A DNA stretch of 32,000 nt from assembly GCA_003144275.1 (NCBI GenBank), contig NJBF01000039.1, forward strand, positions 1 to 32,000. Direction: 5' to 3'. Position numbers and translations under genes: made by a program. Each line of letters begins with the position of its first letter. Within the stretch, counting starts at the first letter, position 1. The notes beneath the pieces are model-generated. The model saw nothing but the letters and a program-made list of their open reading frames with translations, did not search any database and was not told where the DNA came from. This stretch comes from Candidatus Heimdallarchaeota archaeon B3_Heim (GTDB taxonomy: Archaea; Asgardarchaeota; Heimdallarchaeia; Hodarchaeales; Hodarchaeaceae). Shown here piece after piece: positions 17,336 to 26,456 of the stretch.

Positions 17336-17552
17336 TTAATTCACATCTAGATTTGAATCATGTTGATAAACTTATAAATCTTTAAGATAATGAGGACATT
17401 GTCATAAAAGAAATTTTAATTTACACTTTTGAAAACTATTCCCAAAGAATTTATTAATTCTAATCTTACTTAATTCCAAAAGTACTAGATTCATCTTCAA
17501 AGTCTATAATCTAACGTAATCGTGCTGATGAAATTAAACATATACACGTGAA

Positions 17553-18593
17553 ATGAGTATGAAAGTCGACCCAAATTGGTTTCTCTTTGTGGAGGAAAAA
17601 GAGATACGATGGAGTTTTGGAAACCCCGATGAGGAGTTTAAAGGCTTCGTGATTAATTTTCTTGCTGGATTAGCTCAAATTGGAGAGGAAATCTTTGGAG
17701 AGAATGGTGTAGCTTCGATAGAGTTTGATCTACCAAAGAAATCTCAAGTTCTATCTTCAGAAATATTCATTGTGAATTTGTCAAATAAATTTTTTATTAT
17801 TATGTCAGATCCAAGCATTACCATGAAGATGCTGAACCAACAAGGGGGAATAGCGCATGAAGTTGAGGAAATTTTATCAGCTGTGTTGGTTGGACAAGCA
17901 GCGATTTTATTTGGAACTAGTATTTCAGAAGTCTCATCAGATGATGAGAGTAGTAAAATTGAAAAGGTCTGGCAAAACATAATACTTGATATTTCAGCGA
18001 AGTATACTGATGATATTGACCAAATTGTTTCTTCGAACTCATCCAACTTTTCACGGCTTGCATTTGAAGATTTGTTATTTCTACACTATCATTTAAGAAA
18101 ACAATCAGAGCTAGGAAAGATTATTTCTCCCAAAGGATGGAGTCTGGTGTCTCATTACAGTGGTAGTGAAATCCCATTAGAACACAATATGGAATGGGAT
18201 GCAGTTGTTCTAGCAGGTTATTTAGGAATAATTATTTCTTTCATTACTGCACTCTTTAATTCTAAACCAAAATCTCTCACCTTTGGAACGCATACAGTCC
18301 AAACTCTTTGTTTTATTAATGGAAAAGATGAATATTTCATAGCTATTGATTCCCCATTTACAAAACTTATTTTAGATTCTGAATTTCAAACAAAATTCTT
18401 CGCACTTCAGGAAGAAGTTATTACGGATTTACACGATGCCCTTCGCAAGCGTATTATCGAAGAAATTTTAGCTGCAAACGCAGAAGAATTGGAAAATCAA
18501 AATTTAGTCTCACTACTTCAAGACAACGTTTTATCAAGAAAAACACTCTTTGAACGATTGTTTTCCCGTAAGAAACGACTTGAATTTCGGTAA
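17553..18593 (+). CDS. Uncharacterised protein with two longin-like (profilin-fold) modules
   Basis: Two segments resemble the Asgard longin helix-strand pattern L.[SA]G.L.AI..F..E.F....+.S+.F: FLAGLAQIGEEIFGENGVASIEF and DAVVLAGYLGIIISFITALFNSKPKSLTFG, the second preceded by LVSHYSG. Pattern recognition only. Confidence 0.55.
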   Translation: MSMKVDPNWFLFVEEKEIRWSFGNPDEEFKGFVINFLAGLAQIGEEIFGENGVASIEFDLPKKSQVLSSEIFIVNLSNKFFIIMSDPSITMKMLNQQGGIAHEVEEILSAVLVGQAAILFGTSISEVSSDDESSKIEKVWQNIILDISAKYTDDIDQIVSSNSSNFSRLAFEDLLFLHYHLRKQSELGKIISPKGWSLVSHYSGSEIPLEHNMEWDAVVLAGYLGIIISFITALFNSKPKSLTFGTHTVQTLCFINGKDEYFIAIDSPFTKLILDSEFQTKFFALQEEVITDLHDALRKRIIEEILAANAEELENQNLVSLLQDNVLSRKTLFERLFSRKKRLEFR

Positions 18594-18687
18594 AAACTTC
18601 TAATCAAGTTTACTACAATCGCAAACTATTTGAATAGGAGAGCCTGTTATGTGTTGTCTAATATCTGAAAAAATGAAGTAGATAAAA

Positions 18688-18936
18688 ATGGCAGATAAAA
18701 TTGGCGTTATAGAGAATTTTTTCGCAAAGATAAATGTGGGTGTTTTACATGTTACTAGCGGTGAATTGTCCTTAAACGACACGATTAGTATAAAGGGGTC
18801 AACAACCGATATCACAATGACTGTAAACTCGATGCAAATTGATAGAAAGGATGTAGAACTTGTCAAAACTGGAGAAAAAGTAGGTTTAAAAGTTCCAGAA
18901 CGTGTACGACCCGGAGATGAGGTTTTCAAAGAATAA
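18688..18936 (+). CDS. Stand-alone EF-Tu domain II-like / peptidase U32 C-terminal-like beta-barrel protein
   Basis: IGVIENFFAKINVG...GELSLNDTISIKG...SMQIDRKDVE...GEKVGLKVPERVRPGDEVF matches the small 'translation elongation factor-like' family. Confidence 0.8.
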   Translation: MADKIGVIENFFAKINVGVLHVTSGELSLNDTISIKGSTTDITMTVNSMQIDRKDVELVKTGEKVGLKVPERVRPGDEVFKE

Positions 18937-19158
18937 ACAATAGAAGTTTTATTTATTTTTTGATTCGATATTTCCTGAAGGTTTTCAATCATTTCGTCAG
19001 TAATTCTAGAAAGAGTCATTTCGTGTTGAGTGTAATCTATTTCATTCCATTTATATAATAGATCAAGTTTGAATGAAACACTTAACAAGTAAAAATCTTT
19101 AAGTATCCCTTAGAATCTGAAAGATTGTTATATTTTTCTCTGGATCAACGTTAAGGCA

Positions 19159-21546
19159 GTGAAAGAAATTTCTCAACCTAGTATCCAACCAAAAGATTTG
19201 AAACCAGCTGAAATTCTCTGTCTCGACGATGATGAGTGGTTCTTACGTTTATTAGTTAAAAAATTTCAGAGCGTTGATCCCTCTTTTAAGATAACAACAG
19301 CAATGAGTGTTGATGAGGCACTAGACTACTTAAAGGAACAATCATATGATTGCATTTTGTGTGATCATAAACTCCCTGGTACAATTAACATTCACGGAAA
19401 GGTCTTTCCTTCTGACGGTATCCATGTAATGCGGAAATTTAAAGATGAATTAGAAATTGATACACCATTTATCTTCGTGACGGGACAGGGATCAGAGGAA
19501 ATAGCCTCACAAGCACTACAATTAGGGGCAGCAGGTTATTTCATTAAACGTGTCCAACCCGGTTACTACAGCTTAATGGCAACCTCAATTCGCCAAATTA
19601 TTGATCGATATTGGTTACAGCGTGAATTAAAAGAATCTGAGTTCCGTTATAAGGATTTATTTGAAAATGCGACTGGTTTAATCTTTATTTTTGATACGAA
19701 AGGAAATTTACAAGAATCAAATCAAAACTTCTATACTATGTTCGGCTATAAAGAGGAGGAGAAGTTAGCTTACACCCAGATTGCTCATACAGCCGATTTT
19801 GATAAATGGCAGAACATGATTGATTCGATAATACTAGGGAATAATCAGATCCAATTACTCAGAGCTGTTACAAAAGATAATACCGTGCTCCATCTCGACA
19901 TTAACGCTCGTCCACTCTGGGATAAACGCCAAAAGACAATCATCGGGATCCAAGCCATTGCACGAGACATTTCAGATCAAGTTAAGACCCAACAAGCATT
20001 GATAGATTCAGAAGAAAAGCATAGAAAGATCGTTGAAGGCTCAATTGATGGGATAATTTTTCTTGATACTCAAGGTGGAGTCATCGATTGGAATCCTGCA
20101 GCAACTATAATAACAGGAATTGATCAAAATGACGCTGTAGGAAAAAAGATTGAAGAGATCATACAATCACTAAAGCCTTCTCAAATAAATGACCCTGAAT
20201 CTGTAGAGGTTGATCCTTCGGTTATTCGAAAGGAGTACGAAAAACTCTTCGCATCAGAAGCCGATCTTCAGACTCCAAAAATGATTGAATTCAGCTTAGA
20301 GAATATAAAGACGTGCAAAAGGCATTTAATTGAAACGGTCGGCTTTATTGTTGAACATTCAAAAGGAAATCGTGTCGCAATTGTAATGCGTGATGTCACA
20401 GAGCGTCGTAACGCTGAAGCAGAAAGTCGATCATTTGCACAGCGATTTCAAATTCTAATTGAACAAACAGCTATCGGTGTATGGGTAACTGATCTTACAG
20501 AAACTACTACATACGTTAATGAAAGTGTCGCACAAATTCTTGGTTATAGTAAACGAGAAATTATTGGAGCTTCAGTTTTGGATTTTGCATCTCCTGAAAG
20601 TGCAGAAATAATTAAATCCAAAACAAAAAGCCGATTTGCGCAAAAAACCGTCAATGATACTTATGAACTACATTTCTTTCATAGAAATGGGAAAATCATA
20701 ACCACACTTGTAACTGCAGCTGCAATTTATGATGAAAAAGGGAATCTTCAAGAAACTTATGGGCTTATTCGTGATGTTACGGATGAACGGGAGCGAGAAC
20801 AAGAATTAAAACGTACAAAAGAATATTTAGAGTCAATAATAGCTTCCATGCCCGCTGGTGTCTATTCTTATGATTTAGATCAAAAAATAACAATGGCAAA
20901 TCCTCGGTTAGCAGACATTCTTCAGTATACCTCCGAGAAAGAATTAATTGGCCGTTCAATTTATGATTTATTTCCATCTCGTGAACATACTAGAGTTGAA
21001 AACTTTGTTAAAGAAAGAATGACTGGCCAACGATCAAAGGAATATATTCCACTAAACTATCTAACCAGAAAAGGTGAAGAAGTGACTACTTCTGTTACTT
21101 CCATCCCATTAGTAATTGATGAAAAAGTTGAGGGTGCAGTTGTCACAGTTTCAGATTTAACGGAACAAAGACAAATAGAAGAATATGTGCATAAAATTTC
21201 TCACGAGTATAGGGTATTGCTAGAAAAACTTCCAGGGGGAATATTAAAAATCAATACTCTTGGACAAATTGTCACATATAATGAAAAAGCAGCTGAACTA
21301 TTGAATTTCATTGATGTAGTTGATTTAGGAACCTTAAATTTACTGGAATATCATCCATTCAAAGAAGCGGGGATTACAGAAAAATTTAGGAATTTGTTAT
21401 ACCAAAAAACTGATGAAGAGGTAATTGTAGCCGAAATTATTGATAATTTGGGGAAAAAGCATCTGTTAAAATTTCATTTCTTTCCTGTGAAGGATCAGTA
21501 CATGGAGAATCTTTCCTGGTTTTTAGTTGTTAATAAACCAGATTAA
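19159..21546 (+). CDS. Response-regulator receiver domain fused to five PAS domains, no output domain
   Basis: REC motifs: ILCLDDD, phosphoacceptor CILCDHKLPG, FVTGQG, FIKR. PAS starts: RYKDLFENATGLIF, KHRKIVEGSIDGII, RFQILIEQTAIGVW, YLESIIASMPAGVY, EYRVLLEKLPGGIL, with PAC-like ends (ARDIS, MRDVT, IRDVT, VSDLT). Confidence 0.9.
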   Translation: MKEISQPSIQPKDLKPAEILCLDDDEWFLRLLVKKFQSVDPSFKITTAMSVDEALDYLKEQSYDCILCDHKLPGTINIHGKVFPSDGIHVMRKFKDELEIDTPFIFVTGQGSEEIASQALQLGAAGYFIKRVQPGYYSLMATSIRQIIDRYWLQRELKESEFRYKDLFENATGLIFIFDTKGNLQESNQNFYTMFGYKEEEKLAYTQIAHTADFDKWQNMIDSIILGNNQIQLLRAVTKDNTVLHLDINARPLWDKRQKTIIGIQAIARDISDQVKTQQALIDSEEKHRKIVEGSIDGIIFLDTQGGVIDWNPAATIITGIDQNDAVGKKIEEIIQSLKPSQINDPESVEVDPSVIRKEYEKLFASEADLQTPKMIEFSLENIKTCKRHLIETVGFIVEHSKGNRVAIVMRDVTERRNAEAESRSFAQRFQILIEQTAIGVWVTDLTETTTYVNESVAQILGYSKREIIGASVLDFASPESAEIIKSKTKSRFAQKTVNDTYELHFFHRNGKIITTLVTAAAIYDEKGNLQETYGLIRDVTDEREREQELKRTKEYLESIIASMPAGVYSYDLDQKITMANPRLADILQYTSEKELIGRSIYDLFPSREHTRVENFVKERMTGQRSKEYIPLNYLTRKGEEVTTSVTSIPLVIDEKVEGAVVTVSDLTEQRQIEEYVHKISHEYRVLLEKLPGGILKINTLGQIVTYNEKAAELLNFIDVVDLGTLNLLEYHPFKEAGITEKFRNLLYQKTDEEVIVAEIIDNLGKKHLLKFHFFPVKDQYMENLSWFLVVNKPD

Positions 21547-22550
21547 ACGTCTAATTCAATAACTTTTCCAGTTTCAATACTTTTTCTGGTCGCTTCGACT
21601 AATTTCAGAGCATTAATACCATCATCAATTGTAACTAAAGGTTCACCATCACCCCTAATGCAATCTACTAGATTCCACAGTTCAGAAAGTAGTGGTTCGC
21701 CGTAAACTTTTATCTGTTCTCCATTAGAAAAGGGAATACGAATAGCTGATACTTCCTTATCCCCTCGGGCAATTTCTAAACTCCTTAATTCAAGAATTTG
21801 AGTAAGCAAATTGGCACACAATGTTGCTTTTGTACCTTCAATATCTATTGTCCGTAATTTCCCAGCGAATTCTCGACTCATCAAAAATGTTACTATAAAT
21901 TCTCCCTCTTGAGATGTTAATACAATAATACTAGAGTTTCCTACATTGTTTAACGTGAGAGCAGAAGAGAATAACTTCAATTTGCCTCGGGGTAGTAAAC
22001 GCATAGCTACATCAAAATCGTGGACTCCAATATCTTCATAAACATCACCGATTGAATCAAGACGTGCTTCAGCAACAGCTCCTCGCCTTTGAAATAGCAC
22101 TGATCGTGGTTCTCCGATTACTCCCTTGTCAAGAATTTCGATTATGCTAGATATAACAGGATTAAAAACTTCTACATGGCCAACGATAGTTTTTATATTT
22201 TTACCATGAATCTTACTTTTTAACTCAAGCGCCTGTTCGACAGAAGATGCAACAGGCTTTTCTATAAGAAGTCCTTTTAAAGAAGGTAAGTGAGAAACGA
22301 CTTCTAATGCAACCTTCGAGTGAATATTAGTTGGTACTGCAACAATAACGCCATTTGGTTTTCGTTCACTTGCTAACTCTTCTATAGTTGAAAAACTTGG
22401 AACTTTAAATTTTAGACTTACCCTTTCTGCTGTAGCGTTATCAGGTTCAACAATTGAATCTAGAAAACCCAATCTATGTAATAATCGCGCGTGGGAAAAA
22501 CCCATTCTTCCCACTCCTACAACTGTTATTCGTATTGAATCATTTGACAT
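21543..22550 (-). CDS. Gfo/Idh/MocA family NAD(P)-dependent oxidoreductase (resembles UDP-sugar 3-dehydrogenases)
   Basis: Rossmann VVGVGRMG, VAVPTNIH, LIEKPVA, VGHVEVFNP, DIGVHDFD, C-terminal DGINALKLVE; SD-like GGGTGA upstream. Confidence 0.88.
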   Translation of the reverse strand: MSNDSIRITVVGVGRMGFSHARLLHRLGFLDSIVEPDNATAERVSLKFKVPSFSTIEELASERKPNGVIVAVPTNIHSKVALEVVSHLPSLKGLLIEKPVASSVEQALELKSKIHGKNIKTIVGHVEVFNPVISSIIEILDKGVIGEPRSVLFQRRGAVAEARLDSIGDVYEDIGVHDFDVAMRLLPRGKLKLFSSALTLNNVGNSSIIVLTSQEGEFIVTFLMSREFAGKLRTIDIEGTKATLCANLLTQILELRSLEIARGDKEVSAIRIPFSNGEQIKVYGEPLLSELWNLVDCIRGDGEPLVTIDDGINALKLVEATRKSIETGKVIELDV

Positions 22551-22587
22551 TTCCTAATCACCCTACTAGCATTTGAAGAGTTCCACA

Positions 22588-23925
22588 TTAAGGCCGATAT
22601 GTTTCTTGTGCTACGATCGAGAGAACTTGAATAGAATAATAAAACGTGAGTAGGATGACTATTAGCATTATGAAGTATGCGACAATATTCCACTGTTTTA
22701 GCACACGATCATAGAAATCACCCAATGGTAAAATTAAGATTAACGAAATCCAAGTGGCTCCGAAAAAGACTGCGATAAAATGAGTCTTGAGAGAAAAGTC
22801 CTGGAATAAGAATCCCGAAAACTCTCCAACTAAACCCACTACCCCAATACTAAGGATTGCAAGCAGAAAAGTTATACAAACAGTATAGATTGATCCCCAT
22901 GAAATACCTTTGACGAAGGATTGATTTCTGATCCCCCTTTCTTCCGATGTTTTTATATCCCCTAAACGAAGGATTATTGGTCCTCCGCCAAAATAAATCC
23001 ATAAAAAGTTAAAAATAGCCGTAATAAGAACTCTTGAAGTATCTAAGCGATAATTTACTTGATAACCCGTCTTTCTGTACACGAAAAATGTAGCTAGCCA
23101 GATTGGCATCATTAACAAGGATGTCAGAAGAAAACCTGACATGATGCCAAACAAACCATCCAAAATAGGATCTGTTTCGATATTTAAGAAAAAATCACTT
23201 GTCGAATATCTGAAATACCAATAAAAGTAAATCATTGTAACCAATATAAGAGATCCACCATAGTTCAGCAAATTCTGCCGGTTAAACCCACCAAAATTTT
23301 TATTCAGAGAACTTAAGGTCTGGTGATTCCTGTGTACAACTCCGAAAGAACGTGAATGTGAAATTGTACTTTTTATAGGAAAAGATCTTGATGTCCCATG
23401 TCTGATTATTGTAAGTGGAATACTTGCAGGTTTTAATAATTGAGACAACTCTACTTGAAATCCTTCAAATGGTTTCTCAAGTAACAAAGAACGTTTCGTT
23501 TTCCTACCAAAATCAGTCGCTCCACAATGTACACAATATCCTGTATTCGGAGGATTTGGTTTCCAACAATGATTACAAATAACAGCTTGTGATCCTTCTT
23601 GAACGGAAGTTTGCAATCGAGCTCCACATAAATGACAAAATGAATGTCCTGTGGGGATTTCCTGTCGACATAAAGGACAATTTTGATTTTTGGCAATCAC
23701 TGGTGATTCAGTGTCGAGAGATTTCCCGCATCTGATACAAAAAATCGTTTTGGGAACTAACTCTTCACAATGTGGACATTTGATCTCACTAAATGAAGGT
23801 TGTTGAACCTTCTCCAAGGTAGAGCTCAATTTTTGCCCACAGGTAATACAAAATTCCGTTTTAGGGACGTTGTTATTACAATGAGGACAATTAATAAAAG
23901 TAATATCCGTATTATCTGAATTCAT
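22588..23925 (-). CDS. Membrane protein with four double zinc ribbons and a degenerate M50/site-2-protease-like TM domain
   Basis: Eight CxxC pairs (CPHC/CITC, CPHC/CIRC, CPLC/CHLC, CNHC/CVHC) in the first ~135 aa, then a hydrophobic C-terminal half resembling archaeal M50 peptidases but lacking HExxH. Confidence 0.75.
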   Translation of the reverse strand: MNSDNTDITFINCPHCNNNVPKTEFCITCGQKLSSTLEKVQQPSFSEIKCPHCEELVPKTIFCIRCGKSLDTESPVIAKNQNCPLCRQEIPTGHSFCHLCGARLQTSVQEGSQAVICNHCWKPNPPNTGYCVHCGATDFGRKTKRSLLLEKPFEGFQVELSQLLKPASIPLTIIRHGTSRSFPIKSTISHSRSFGVVHRNHQTLSSLNKNFGGFNRQNLLNYGGSLILVTMIYFYWYFRYSTSDFFLNIETDPILDGLFGIMSGFLLTSLLMMPIWLATFFVYRKTGYQVNYRLDTSRVLITAIFNFLWIYFGGGPIILRLGDIKTSEERGIRNQSFVKGISWGSIYTVCITFLLAILSIGVVGLVGEFSGFLFQDFSLKTHFIAVFFGATWISLILILPLGDFYDRVLKQWNIVAYFIMLIVILLTFYYSIQVLSIVAQETYRP

Positions 23926-24056
23926 TAGATCTAAATGTCCTGTTTCGATTATTAGTTGTTTTCATCTATTCATATACTTGTTTAAAAATGATGTTCTGTT
24001 AAAGCAACAACTATTCTTGTTTATTGCTGATTTCTCACAAAGTAAAAAGAATTTTC

Positions 24057-24509
24057 TTAGTTCCAAATGAAAGTGAATACTCCAAACAAGAAAATCATTA
24101 ACTCGACGACGATTATTTGTTGTTTCCTATAGTAATTCTTAATGAAATTCACAGGATTTGATTCTTCGAGAATTTCTAATGGATCTAAATTGAGAAGTGA
24201 CACTGAATAGTCGGAAAAAGGAGCAAATATATACACATTCCAATCAATCATATCACTCATGAGATGTATGAAACCACCAAGGAAAAACCAATAAAAATTT
24301 GATTTTAGGAGGAAGGAAAAAGAAGTAAGAAAAATCCATACCATTGGATAGTGGGGAAAATAAGTCCGATGGTTCTTTTTTTGAAGAATTCCTAAGAATA
24401 TATCTGCATCTGGAAGAACACAGCCTAGAATTAATAACATATTCGAGAACGAATCGATTTGAAGGATATTCACAAATATTATTCCGATTAAAAGATGGAT
24501 ATGAGGCAT
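24057..24509 (-). CDS. Membrane-bound metal-dependent hydrolase (YdjM/DUF457-like)
   Basis: MPHIHLLIG...GCVLPDAD...HRTYFPHY...GGFIHLMSDMID matches the family H...PD.D...HR...H...H...D pattern. The start is moved to the ATG at 24509. Confidence 0.82.
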   Translation of the reverse strand: MPHIHLLIGIIFVNILQIDSFSNMLLILGCVLPDADIFLGILQKKNHRTYFPHYPMVWIFLTSFSFLLKSNFYWFFLGGFIHLMSDMIDWNVYIFAPFSDYSVSLLNLDPLEILEESNPVNFIKNYYRKQQIIVVELMIFLFGVFTFIWN

Positions 24510-24636
24510 CAAATTGCATACCAGCTGGAAATCTATATACTGATGCAGAATTTTCGAGTTTACTATACGCATATAATTTAAAAACAAAATTCATTCTCTA
24601 ATAAAATGGTCAAATACATTTTGGGATAGATGTGCT

Positions 24637-25020
24637 ATGCCATACCGTCAACCTTTAGAAAAGTTGCTTGAAGAAAAGAAAGTTCTTGGAGTGGTAATTT
24701 TTGACCCTTCTGGCAATGATTGGTGGCATACAGGGTCATTCCCGCAAGCAAATGACAGACTTTTAGATGGATACTATTTAATTCACGAATGGGTAACATA
24801 CCCAGCTTCTGCTGAAATAGCTGGAGTAAAATATCTGACATTACTTAATGCGTACCCAGATTACTGGCTTTTGACAAATATGCAAGGCCAAGGATCCTTA
24901 ATTCTCCAAAAAGCTACTAACGGCTTTTATTTTTTCTGTTATCTAGATGAATCCATTGATCCACCTGACATCCAGAAAGAAGTAAAAGTAATTGCCGAGC
25001 TTTTCGCACAAGGCGTCTAA
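24637..25020 (+). CDS. Profilin (Asgard-type actin regulator)
   Basis: 127 aa with the profilin layout: N-terminal helix, GVVIFDPSGNDWW, AEIAGVKYLTL (cf. eukaryotic l.GxKY), TNMQGQGSLI (cf. Asgard profilin TN..GxGx++), FCYLD and a C-terminal helix. Confidence 0.8.
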   Translation: MPYRQPLEKLLEEKKVLGVVIFDPSGNDWWHTGSFPQANDRLLDGYYLIHEWVTYPASAEIAGVKYLTLLNAYPDYWLLTNMQGQGSLILQKATNGFYFFCYLDESIDPPDIQKEVKVIAELFAQGV

Positions 25021-25030
25021 GGGATTTATA

Positions 25031-26455
25031 ATGACATCAGGAAACGATTATTCGAGTCTAAGCCATATTTTTCGAGCTTATGACGTACGAGGAGTATATA
25101 ATAAAGAAATCACTGCTGCAGTCCATTATCGGATTGGTCTAGCCTTCGGAACATTCTTGCAGAGAAATCAAGGATTTCAGACCCAGGATCATTTTGTCTT
25201 TATTGCTTGGGATATTCGCCAAACAAGTTCACTATTAGCACAAGCTTTTGCTGCCGGAGTCATGTCTTCTGGAATACATATTGAGTATTCTGGGGAAGCT
25301 TTACAATTTGGTGCATGTATGTTTTCAGCTTGGAAACGGAATGCATTTGCTACGGCATATATAACTGCTTCTCATCTTCCTCCTGAATGGAATGGGGTCA
25401 AATTTTATTATGGTAATGGAGTGGGTTTTTCTGAAGAAGACAACATGAAAATTCGAGACATTTTTATTGAAGGTGATTTTCTTCAACCATCATGGACAGG
25501 GGTAGGACAAATGACTCGCTTGAATCTCAAAAATGAGTATCGTGATTATTTAAGTACAAAGTTTACACTTAAAAGACCATTAAAAGTTGTTGTCGACTGT
25601 GGGAATGGTTCCTCATGTTTGTCAGCTCCTGAAGTCCTAAAATCTATCGGTCTTGAGGTAATTCCCTTATACTGTGAAGTCAATCCTGCTTTCCCCAATA
25701 GGCCTTCTGAACCCAATGAACAAACTTTGACTGAGCTATCGAAAATTGTTATTGAAGAGAAAGCAGATTTTGGAGTGGGATTCGATGGGGATGGTGATCG
25801 TGCTGTTATTGCTGATAATACAGGCCGTGTCTTACTCGCCGATATTACAGGTCTAATTCTGGCCAAATATATGCTCTCGATTTTTCCGAAGAAGAAAAGG
25901 GTACTAGCGAATGTAGAATGTTCTCTTGCATTAGAAAAATCACTCCCTGAATCAACAATTGTTGACCGTATTAAAGTAGGCCATACATTCCTAACTGCAG
26001 ATGCACAGGATAAGAAAGATACATTAATTGGAATTGAGAGCTCTGGACATATGGTTTTTCCACATATATACCTATTTGATGATGCAATGATCATTCCTTT
26101 GATCTTAGCTGAAATGCTATCAACGCAAGATACTAGTCTCTCTGAATTGGTTGATCAACTGCCCTTATTGTATAAACGTAGGGTAGCTGTCCCAGCACCA
26201 GATAATATCAAATTTAACGCTATAACAAGTTTGTTACAAGAGATTAAAGCATCCCATAATTCTGTGACTGACATCGATGGAATTGGTATTTCTTTTGGTG
26301 TTGAATCTTGGGTATTAATTCGGGCTAGTAATACAGGACCAAAAATTCGCATCACTATAGAGGCAGAATCAGCTAATCAGGCAGATGAGTTACTAGTTAA
26401 ATATCAAAAGTTATTAGAAGATAAGCTTCAAGAGATTACCTCTACAATGGAATGA
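25031..26455 (+). CDS. manB: Phosphomannomutase/phosphoglucomutase (alpha-D-phosphohexomutase)
   Basis: IFRAYDVRG, phosphoserine loop ITASHLPPEWNGVK, metal loop FDGDGDR, sugar loop GIESSGH, IRASNTGPKIRI. The ATG at 25031 is preferred because the track start at 24992 overlaps profilin. Confidence 0.92.
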   Translation: MTSGNDYSSLSHIFRAYDVRGVYNKEITAAVHYRIGLAFGTFLQRNQGFQTQDHFVFIAWDIRQTSSLLAQAFAAGVMSSGIHIEYSGEALQFGACMFSAWKRNAFATAYITASHLPPEWNGVKFYYGNGVGFSEEDNMKIRDIFIEGDFLQPSWTGVGQMTRLNLKNEYRDYLSTKFTLKRPLKVVVDCGNGSSCLSAPEVLKSIGLEVIPLYCEVNPAFPNRPSEPNEQTLTELSKIVIEEKADFGVGFDGDGDRAVIADNTGRVLLADITGLILAKYMLSIFPKKKRVLANVECSLALEKSLPESTIVDRIKVGHTFLTADAQDKKDTLIGIESSGHMVFPHIYLFDDAMIIPLILAEMLSTQDTSLSELVDQLPLLYKRRVAVPAPDNIKFNAITSLLQEIKASHNSVTDIDGIGISFGVESWVLIRASNTGPKIRITIEAESANQADELLVKYQKLLEDKLQEITSTME

Positions 26456-26456
26456 T

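Noticed and set aside
18600-19088. 162-aa minus-strand ORF
   Set aside because: It lies antisense over the well-supported EF-Tu-domain-like gene. Its intergenic N-terminal part looks protein-like but has no recognisable motif, and the frame is closed shortly upstream (TAA at 19110-19112).
17744-23696. ORFs 17744..18046, 20777..20977, 23451..23696
   Set aside because: Fully nested antisense to supported genes, with no independent evidence.
24253-26355. ORFs 24253..24594, 24344..24601, 24635..24841, 25546..26094, 26155..26355
   Set aside because: They overlap the hydrolase, profilin or PMM genes, whose motifs are clear.
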